From: Raja brachyura | Taxonomy: Eukaryota | Direction of reading: 5' to 3' | NCBI GenBank assembly: GCA_963514005.1 | Contig: OY740814.1 | Location: 17,918,001-17,982,000, forward strand | Length of the DNA: 64,000 nucleotides | Part shown: piece after piece, positions 11,801 to 21,900 of the stretch | Layout: the number at the start of each line of letters is the position of its first letter | Position numbering within the stretch: the stretch's first letter is position 1 | Position numbers and translations under genes: made by a program | The notes under the pieces: generated by a model | Database searches by the model: none | The model's input: the letters and a program-made list of their open reading frames with translations, nothing else | What the model was told of the DNA's origin: nothing

Positions 11801-12650
11801 ATTATATTAGAGTCTCTCTAATCTTACTATCTTCATTCATTGTTGTTATCTGTGATTCCACACCGCTGCTTTGAAGAATGTCATGCATGCATACAGGCGG
11901 GGTCTTCACGAAATCCCTCATCGCAACTCCTCATAAAATAAAGATCAAACTTCAAACTGGTAAGTTCTCGTTTAATCTTACTATTTTAAGTTCCTGGGAA
12001 CTATCATCTCCAAGGACCTTAAGTGGGGGGCTACCGTCGACTCCACAGTCAAAAAGGCACAACAGAGGATGTACTTCCTACGGCAGCTGAGAAAGCACAA
12101 TCTGCCACAGGCGATGATGGTCCAAATCTACGCGGCCATCGTAGTGTCTGTTCTCACCTTCTCCATCACGGTCTGGTTTGGCTCAGCCCGACAAGCACGA
12201 CACCTGAAGGCTGCAGCGAATCGTCCGATCAGCTGAGAAGGTTATTGGCTGCAACCTTCCCTCCATTGATGAACTGTACACTGCAAGGGCCAGGAAGTGA
12301 GCGGGCAAGATCATCTCTGACCCCTGTCACCCTGGCCACAAACTCTTTGAATCACTTCCCTCTGGAAAGTGACTCCTGACTGTGAAAGCTGCCACAGCCA
12401 GACATAAAAACAGTTTTTATCCACGAGTAGTCGCTCTACTCAACAGCCAAAAATCTGTAGCCTCCCTTTGATCTGATATTTTGTTGGTTTGCATGCTTGA
12501 TCAATGGTGTTTTATCATTAATGTTTTATTATTATTACTGTTTAGTGTTTTCTGAGTCATTCATAACTCTCACTGTATGTCATGTTACTTGTGGGCGGAG
12601 CACCAAGGCAAATTCCTTGTATGTGACTACTTGGCCAATAAACTTACTTA

Positions 12651-14060
12651 AATGTACTGAGATACAATGAAAACATTGTTTTGCGTGCTATCCAGGCAAA
12701 TCATACCATACATGTAAACATCAGATGGTGTAAAACAGAAAATAAACACAGATTATAGTGTTACAGGAACAGAGACATGCATTTTTTTTTAAAGTGCAAG
12801 GGATGTAACAAGGTAGATTGGAAGATGGGGAAACTCATCCCCTGCATATGAGGGGTCTGTTCAAGAGTCTGATAACAGCAGAGAAGAAGCTGTGATTGAA
12901 ACTGATGGAATGTGTTTTCATGTCCTTGTATCTTTTGTCTGTCTGGAGAGGGGTAAAGAGAGAATGACCAGGGTGTGAGTAGTCCATGATTATGATGGCT
13001 GTTTTCCTGAGGCAGCACGAAGTAAAGATGGAGATGATGGGGAGGAGGCTGGATTGTGCAATGGACTGAGCTGCATTCGCAATTCTGAATTTTTTGGGGC
13101 AGTGCAGTTGCTACTGCAAGTTATGATTCATCCAGATAGAATGCTTTCAATGGTGCATCTGTAGAACGTAGCAAGTTCTGGAGTATTGTGTGCAGTTTTG
13201 GTCCCCTAATTTGAGGAAGGACATTCTTGCTATTGAAGGAGTGCACAGTAGGTTTACAAGGTTAATTCCCAGGATGGCGAGACTGTCATATGCAGAGCGA
13301 ATGGAGCGGCTGGGCTTGTATACTCTGGAATTTAGAAGGATGAGAGGGGATCGTATTGAAACGTGTAAGATTATTAAAGGTTTTGACATGCTAGAGGCAG
13401 AAATCATGTTCCTGATATTGGGGGAGTCCAGAACCAGGGGCCACAGTTTGAGAATAAGGGGTAAGCCATTTAGAACGGAGATGACAAAACACTTTTTCCA
13501 CAGAGTGTTGTGAGTCTGTGGAATTCTCTGCCTCGGTGGTGGTGGAGGCCGGTTCTCTGGATACTTTCAAGAGAGAGCTAGATGGGGCTCTTAAGGATAG
13601 CAGAGTCGGGGGGATATGGGGAGAAGGCAGGAACGGGGTACTGATTGGGGATGATCAGCCATGATCACGTAGAATGGTGATACTGGCTCGAAGGGCCGAA
13701 TGGCCTACTCCTGCACCTATTGTCTATTGTCTATTATCTATAAGAGTCAATGCAAACATTATAAATAGCCTTCTTGGGAACTAGAGACATTGGCGTACTT
13801 TCTTGGACAGAGCCAAATTACTTGGACCAGAACAGATTGTGATATTTACATCTAGAAACCTGAAGTCCCCAGCTAACTCCATTTCAGCACCATTGATACA
13901 GACCGAGACGTGTTACTCCACCCCGCTTCCTGAAGACAATTAGCCCTTCTTTCATTTGCTCTTTTGACTCCATGCAACCAGGCTCGTTATCTCCTCCCTG
14001 CACTTTGGCTCTTTGTTGTTTGCTGTCCCATTGTGGTGGTGTCGTTTGCAAACTAGTACA
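12651..14060 (-). mobile_element. Older Rex1/Babar-type LINE 3' fragment, split by a CR1; its tail remnant is at about 8544-8575
   Basis: gtactgagatacaatgaaaac...gcgtgctatccag is shared with 25305-25795, 31285-31465 and 45570-45870. RT C-terminal homology continues after 13740. Confidence 0.65.
13175..13735 (+). mobile_element. CR1 LINE 3' end
   Basis: VQFWSPNLRKDILAIEGVHSRFTRLIP...LGLYTLEFRRMRGD...SRTRGHSLRI; tail (ctattgt)n. Confidence 0.92.
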
Positions 14061-14519
14061 TTGAGTTAGAGCAGGTTGAAATCTGGACACCAAGAACAAA
14101 GTCTTGTAGGTTCATGGATCCAGGAAGGCTCCAGATTAGAAATAAAGAGGTGCTCAGGAAAGTCGATGCATATGGCAGCTCCCTGTGGCATGATCTGGTT
14201 GTCAAGGAATTTAATGATAATAGGTATGATCAAAGTCGGCATATACAGCAAAAAGCCTTCAAATGCACAGCCGGACTTGCACACCAGCATGGCACTGAAA
14301 AACAATACCGTACTCTGTACAGCACTAATGCCCATGATTACTGATACAGACAATTTACACCTTGCACACACTTCTAAATTTTCATCCAGGGAAGCCCACA
14401 TTACGCAGACTCATTGACAGGTAAAGAAAAAAACTGTCCAACGCTATTGGATTTCTAGCACCCTGGTTTTCACGATTTTTAATTAAACGTTTAAAGCAAA
14501 TTGGGAGTTTGCATGATCA

Positions 14520-15070
14520 GTTGTTTCTTTACAAAATAACCAACAGTGCTTCACAAAATCTCCAAGATGCTCTAAAACTCTATGCAGCCAATCAATGGCA
14601 TTTGAAGTGCAGTCACTTTTATAAACTGGGAAACACAGCAGCCAATTTGTGTACAGCAACAATCCTCAAAAACGACACGATAATAGTGATGAGCTAATCT
14701 GCTTTAATAATGTGGATAGCAATATATTGGCTCAAATGCCAAGGATACCCCTCCCCTGCCTTCCTCCTGCATAGTCCCGAAAGGTCATTCACATACAACT
14801 GAGTTGACAGCCAGCATCACAGTTTATCATCTCATCTGAAAGACAGCACCTTTGACAGTGCTTAAGAAGGAACTGCAGATGCTGGAAAATCGAAGGTAGA
14901 TAAAAATGCTGGTGAAACGCAGCGGGTAAGGCAGCATCTATGGAGCGAAGGAAATAGGCAACGTTTCGGGTCGAGACCCTTCAGTCAGTGCAGTGCTTTA
15001 AAGTCCAGTAACTTTAACCCACATCCTTCTGACACAAAAGCCTGATTCTCACCCACTGGGTTTATGGCTG
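14520..15070 (-). mobile_element. Deu-domain (SacSINE1-like) SINE, interrupted at 14862-14985
   Basis: cagccaatcaatggcatttgaagtgcagtcact...cagccaatttgtgtacagc...catctcatctgaaagacagcacctttgacagtgc matches my recollection of the shark Deu-SINE in reverse. Confidence 0.65.
14862..14985 (-). mobile_element. Short Penelope-derived terminal fragment with probable TSD cagtgc (14856-14861 and 14986-14991)
   Basis: Near-identical to the reverse complement of 32368-32495. Confidence 0.8.
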
Positions 15071-15464
15071 CCACAAAATGTCATGGAAATAGGGGGAGGA
15101 AATATGCTTTAATGATTGGAGCTCACTTCCTTTAAAATATCATCTAACATTTAAACTGTTTTGTCAATTACTGAAGACTGTGAAATTCCCCAAAAACTAG
15201 AGCACTTTGTAGTTTCTCCCTTCTAAGTAATAAACCCTGTGCCATTTTTACTTTATTTTCATCTTCTGGAACATTTGCCAAAATACATTTGGGTCCTTGT
15301 ATATTGTGGTTTACAGTTGGGCTCAAAGTTTGATATTCAGCCATAGAATCTTAAATGCCGGGTAAGATGCAGTAATTGGGGTCTAGAAAAACCTTTGGTG
15401 GGAGATCAGAATAAAATTTGTAGAACTTTTATGACCACTCTCTGAACCCTCCCATCTCCAGACG

Positions 15465-15902
15465 TTCATATGTTATAGGAGCATTTGGTCCATCAAATCT
15501 ACTCCCCCATTCAATCATGGCTGATCAATCTTTCCCTCTCAACCCCATTCTCCTGCCTTCTCCCAATAATCACTGCCATCCATACTATTCAGGAATCTGT
15601 CAATCTCTGCCTTAAAAATATCCATTGACTTGGCCTTCACAGCTGTCTGTGTCAATGAATTCCATAGATTCACCACTGTCTGACGAAAGAAATTCCTCCA
15701 CATCTCTTTTCTAAAGGTACGTCCATTTATTCTTAGACTATTCACTTTTATAAACTAGGAAATACAGTAAATTGGCTGATAATAGACGATAGACAGTTGT
15801 CTATTGTCAGCCAATTTGTGTACAACAACAGCCCTCAAAAACTACAGTCAAAGACTATTCCACTAGTGGAACCATACTCCCCACATCCACTCTATCCAGG
15901 CT
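15465..15902 (-). mobile_element. CR1 LINE 3' end, with a foreign insert at 15742-15846
   Basis: SLRINGRTFRKEMWRNFFRQTVVNLWNSL...IFKAEIDRFL; the CR1 3' UTR resembles 13560-13735. Confidence 0.85.
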
Positions 15903-18900
15903 TTGCAAGATTTGCAACAGGCTAGGATCCCAGTGTTAGTAGTTTATTTAATTTTCCAAATGTTGGTAGTTATAGTTGCAAGAAACTGGTAGCTTTTTCT
16001 TCTTCTGTCATATGTCTTTTAGACCTGCCGCTCCGTTGAGGCGAGCCAGGCCAACATGTCATCGTTCAACTGGTAGCTCATGGCTCTAGACAGGGATATA
16101 TTCCTGCATTTTTCCATTGACTCGGCTTTAATTCCTTTTAAGCTGACTTTACAATAGGATGTGTGTCAAGGAACATAACACGGGGTCGGGGGTGAAGGCC
16201 ACAGATTAACAGACAAGTCGAGGTGGAGATGGTAGGATGTAGAACAACAGCACTAAGGATGACATTAACATGGTACAAGAAATATAGACAATGAATAGTG
16301 TATTATAAGGTTTCAATAAATAACTGGTTGCGTTCCTATAACATGTATATGATCTGATAAGTTGGGGAGTGCACTCCCTCTCCCATCATATACTTGCTCT
16401 GTACACATTTTTCTTTGTCCATCCTGCTTTTTGTTTCTTATTAACTTACCTCTTTCTTTTATGTATTATTTAATTCTGCCTTTTTTGTTTGATGGGTGGT
16501 ATATTGTGAATGGAAGTCCCATATATGTACAGGTGCCTTTTACAGGTAAAGAATGTTGGGGAGAGAGAAATGCATCGCATCATGGCTCCCTCCCTTCCAT
16601 CCCCACTCGCATGCTTCATTTTTTTCTCTTCTGCATTTCATCTGTCAATAATGCCCTTTACTCTGTTTCTCCTTTCACTGCACCTCTTCCTACTTTTGAA
16701 ATAACTCAGTCAACTCATGGAAAAGAGCTTCCTGAGTGGGTGCTATCAGAATATTTCCCTTGATGAGATATTTTGACCAGAGAACATGATCTCAAGTTAA
16801 CGTCAGATATCGTACTGATGGGGAATTGACTCCTCTGAGTGTTGTCTCTGAAAGCTATAGATGCTGAGATTAAGAATGTACATATTTGGGGTATGTTTTT
16901 GGACTGCAGGGAAATTGTGAATTCTGAGAATTGGGTGGAGAGTGTTGAGACCTACAGTTCAGAGGCAGAGCATGTTCCACTCTTGCTATTGCTTAGAATC
17001 TCTGTGTCCTATTTGAGCCATGCTCTACCTTCACTTTATTTAGTGTCCAACTCTCACAGTGAATCATGTTGACACAACCATTTTCCAAATGTTTGCAACA
17101 CTAATTCCAAACGCAACAGCTCACAAAACCCAAGATTTTTTTTTTTGATATTCAATTTCACCTCATTTAAATTAGAATCTCCAGGATTAATGTGCCTGAC
17201 AATGAGCACACATATGAAACTCCAGGAACAGCAAAATGGAAGAATCTCTATAATATAAAAATCATTTTGTGTAAAGCAGGCTTCCTGCATGCTTATGATG
17301 TAATTCATGTGAAACTATCATTCTTTATTGGTTAAACACCTAGCAATATAGAAGAACGCAAAGTCTGTTTGATGAACAACAGAGATTGAACAAAAAGCCC
17401 ACACTTGCTTGGTTTTCGTACTTAATTTTATGATGCCATTTCATTGCAATTAAAATTCTGCCAATTCAAATCACAACTCTTGACTACATTTATTGACAAC
17501 ATGAAAAATACTTTATATACTCTATTAAACTCCACACAATATAATTCTACAAACAAAGACAAATAGACAAGAATAAGTAGACAATTCCAGGCAACCAACC
17601 ATAGTCCATGAAAATAACCAAGGAAGGTTTTTTTCCCTGCAAAGAATTGAAAAGGCTAGATTAATATGGATGGAGGTATTAATAAAAAAAAAGTGTAAAA
17701 GATAAATTGGGGAAAATCCATTTGAGCTTGAATTTTTAAGACCGCATAGTTCTGTAATTTGAGACTCCCCGAGCAATTTATACTGTTCTCTTAATGCTTA
17801 TCTAAAAAGCAACACATGAAGTCTGATTTCTAATCAATAATTTGAATGAAATAATAGGTTTTAGGATGATAGCTTAACTTAACTAAAGGTAAACCTGAGA
17901 GAGCAACTATATCTTAGTGATTTTATCAGTGAATACATTGACGCTAAATAGAGTATAAAAACTGGACATTTGTTCCCTTTTTCAGGCTAATACCGTGACC
18001 TTATCTCCGACTTTCACCTCTTCTGACAAATTCATAATTGCCAAATTACCCCTGCTGTGAGGGGGGAATGCAAATCAAAACCTGCAGATGCCGGAGAGCT
18101 GATACAAATAGACGTGGGATTGGGACCCCTGGCTCCCAGACCTGAAACATTAGCCGTTTCTTCTTCCACAGATGCTGCCTGACCTGCTGAGTGTTTCCAG
18201 CATTTTTTTGATTTTGAGGGGGAAATGTGTCTGTTCCAGATGAGACTAATTTTCAGACCAAGACAAAATAGGCCTTAACATACCAATCCTATATTTGGAT
18301 TTTGTTGGCTTTAGTTGCTGAATCTCATTTTAATGTTTGCTGGCTATTTTCATTATTGCCTTGCAATATACCTGAAACACAATAACCGGTACATTTGGAA
18401 ACCATAACAATTACCTTATATGTAGCATATTTGTTTTAGCATTTTTGCATAAAGGGAAACGTTGAGATCAATGACTTATTGGAGAGTAGTTGATCTTTGT
18501 GTTTAAAAAAAAATTGAGATATGTGCAAAGACGGCGGGGAGAAGAAAACCCAGGTATTTTGGTCTGAAGTTGGGGATTGACCTTGTAGCACTATATCTGA
18601 TGCCGGTAATAAGCATGATTTCAAGATGGCTGAGTTAAGCTGGGATGCATGCACTCCCTGATCTGTCTATGGAACACTTTTTTTCTCCTGTTTATGAGAG
18701 TGGCATCGCAATATATGAAACTTGTCTTGTACTCTCTCAGTCTCTTTTATAGTGAATAGATATTGTACCAGCTTACAAATAGTCCCGGTATTATGGAACT
18801 CACTGCCTTACACTGCAGGTGCACATCTCTAATCACCAGTGGCACGACTGAAACGCTGCTCCCGCACTCTTGCAAAGCTGCTTTTAAGTCATATTTGCAT

Positions 18901-21900
18901 TTTCGTCACTTCAGGAATAAAATACATTGTCTGAGCAAAAGCACAAACATTTGTTCTTTCAGTATATGGTTAGGGTTTGCAATGGTACTGCAGAAAAGAA
19001 ACCATTCTAAGAATCCAGCAGGTATAAAATGTACAGGAAGATATTGCCCAGCACACCGTGGGTTGTTCCTACAGAAGGGCAGAGAGAGAATGGCAGCCCA
19101 GGCATTCACACCTCTCGGTGCAGAAGGGACTACGCTTTCATATGATGGGGAATTGATAGTGATAAGCACGAGAACCCTCACTAGAGTCGGGACTGCGTAC
19201 AGGTACAGATCTGTGTAACAGAAATGCAGCACCAAATGGATGCACAGACCTTTGCACTGTATATACCATATTAAGCCAGAAGGAGGCATGTCTGCTGCAC
19301 TGTAAGAAATCCTGTATTAGTATTCTTTGAGATATAACCCCCTCACCACTCCACCCCCCATCCCCACAACTTATCCCCCCAGGTCTCTGTGACTCCACGG
19401 GGTGCCCCACCAAGCAGCCAAGCTGAGAGCTGATAAAATTGATCATCTGTTTCCCTGGTGAATTCAATTATCAGACAAGCCCCTCAGGCACCAACCTACA
19501 ATAATGTGAAATGAGCATCTTAACTGCTGCACCATCAGATTAAAAAAAACACTCGCATTTTCCTTCCTAAATTTTGCCACACCTGTAAACCATGCAGGTA
19601 CATCGTCGGTTTCCTGTGACTATTTCGGCATCTTAACATTGGTGCCACGATTCGACCAATTACCACAATGACATGACTGTATCTTCTCAATTTTGCTATA
19701 CATTCTAGCACTTGAATTTCATTTTATTTTCAACAACTGTGAAGGTTTACATTATCTGTTGTTATTTCAGAGAGATATTTTGTGCTTTGATTTTTTTTTA
19801 AAAAGGCATCTGCATCTTCAGATGTGTAATCAGGTCTGATCTTGTAAGCCTATCCTATAAAATTTCATCAGGCACACACTTCAATATGGTGGAGCAATAG
19901 GGGTCCTTCCCTGCAGGGTGGAATGTTCTAAAATATGCCGTATTAAGAAAAGAACAGTAAAAAAAATAAATGGCTCGTATTCCACATCTATATCGAAATG
20001 TTCGAAAGCCTACGCTGACAATGGTGGCTGATAACATTTGCTGGTGAAATGCTTTTTTTTCATAGCACAATGTGAATACCATAGTAAAGAAGCATATCGT
20101 AAAACCGTATGGAACAATTCCCATAAATATCCATGTTGTGCAAGAAGAACACTGTTACTGCAGACTGCCTTGAACCAGTAAGAAGGTCTGATTGCACAAG
20201 AGATGCTTGCAAGGTAACCTTTTAGAACCTGGCCAGACAGTATTTTCACCCTTTGGTTTATGTCAACTCTGTATGCCAGTTCCATTGAAGGGTCATGCCC
20301 AAAGATAACCATTTATTTGTCCTTTTTAATATGATGCCATATTTCTGCATTTTGTCACGTTTAATGCATGTATTTACAATAAGTGTAGCTCTTCACAATG
20401 TAGTAATTGTTGCATCTCCTTACTGTAACTTCCTCATGGTAATTATAATCGGCATGTGTTTATAATGCATCTTATTAGTTAGATCTGGAATCACGCTGTT
20501 TCCTCTGGTGTAGGGCCTCTCTGAACACTTGGCCAGCTGTGATCCCTGAAAGGCCTTAACAGCTGGCAAGGCCCCACCCTTTTCAAAATCACATAAGAAG
20601 TTTTTTTTAAAAATATATATATTTAAAAATAATCAAACACATGCAAAAAAAAAATTACATATATTTAATTTGACTTGACTTTAGTTCGTTTAAAAGATCT
20701 GCTTACCATCCTCCTTGGACGAGTTCCTTATCATTCACTGTAATCCACTGAGTTCTTTGCTGCAATGGTTAAGAAAAATAAACAGATGGAAAATTTATCC
20801 CTCGGCTGTTCCAAGGCATTTCCTATCAACTGCTAAAGTATCGGTGGCAAATGCCTCTGTTCAGGTCACTCGATAGCTGTTTTGGTTGAAATTGGTGTGC
20901 ATGTTAGGGAGAATAAAATTAATAGTCCAGCTTGTTGACGAAAAAGATTTGTGGTGTATTTCTTGTTTATACATAGTTTGAGAATTCACTTTTATTCTCC
21001 TGTCACAGTTATCATGCAGCCTTCTGTAACAATAATTTTCATCTGGCTATTCTTTGTAATATGAGACAAATTTCACTGCTTTCTGTGATACAAAGAACTG
21101 AGTTGCACAAAATAATTCTTCATCTCATCGACCATTAGCTGAAGCTCTGGAAATTTAGTGTAACTTTCCCTCTGCCCTTTCCTTTCCATGCAGTGTTTAA
21201 TTGCAGGTTAAACAAAACATCTGCCTTGGTGATATACTTTATAAACCAGCTCTTTTATGTATTGCTGTATTGCAAAAAGCATTGGTCTATTTTTCAGCAG
21301 TTAAATTTGAAACTTGTAGGACTATTTAGTTAAACTTCAGGATTTAATAGTCACATTTGTAAGGACTGGTCTAACTCTTCAATTATTCTCAAGGTATTTC
21401 AAATCAATTGGGAAGATCCGAACAGTGGCAAAAATGAAGAATCTGGGAAAAACCAAATATGTTGTTGGCTAGGTACACTTTGAAGTTAATGCTCTGATAG
21501 CAAGTAAAATAAATTTGCAGGAACATCTTGAAGTGTTAAAGTTGCAGCAATATAATGTAACTTGCAGCCTCTGAGTATGGGAACAAAACATTGTAGATCA
21601 AGAAAGATGGGCTGGGGAAAATCTTTATTCAGTCTTAAGCTGGTAGAAGTTTACAGTACAAACTAATTGGAATATGTGACCAGAAAACTAAATCAGTTGT
21701 TTCGTAATGTACGCTGGAAAATGAAGTGACATGATTTTTGTATTTAATTTTGTCTTGTATCACAATGACAGCTTTATTAGAGTGCTATGTACGAAATATT
21801 CAAGATTTTTGACTATGATAATGCCTAATTAATTGCACCTCGTAAACCTGTTAATATGGCGAATTTAGATGACAGTCTGTGCTGTTTGAAATGCACTTAG

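Larger units (their letters stand above)
8716..11988 (+). mobile_element. DIRS1-type (tyrosine-recombinase class) retrotransposon, internally deleted
   Basis: Inverted termini (8716-8777 vs 11879-11940), gag-like ORF, RNase H motifs (LQTDASAKGWGA, INYLEM), methyltransferase-like motif (IDLFASRLNHQ...FYAF), TATTTTA at both junctions. Confidence 0.9.
8576..12650 (+). mobile_element. 5'-truncated Rex1/Babar-type LINE (8576-8715 plus 11989-12650), interrupted by a DIRS element
   Basis: NNLELNALKTVELIVDFRR...TVTSVEYF | KFLGTIISKDLKWG...KKAQQRMYFLRQLRK; 3' tail caaattccttgtatgtgactacttggccaataaacttactta. Confidence 0.85.

Noticed and set aside
11461-11874. Methyltransferase-like ORF as a horizontally acquired bacterial methylase
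   Set aside because: This domain is a normal part of DIRS1-group pol, and here it is truncated.
14066-14417. Three overlapping ORFs, one hydrophobic, as a possible nested gene
   Set aside because: No recognisable family, an in-frame stop just upstream on the minus strand, and no convincing splice partners.
16015-16160. Minus-strand peptide ...LNDDMLAWLASTERQV
   Set aside because: Short, bounded by stops, and with no homology I can recognise.
18763-20312. Several 89-151 aa ORFs as a possible nested or antisense gene such as C15orf61
   Set aside because: None resembles C15orf61, AAGAB or any protein I recognise; lengths are compatible with chance.
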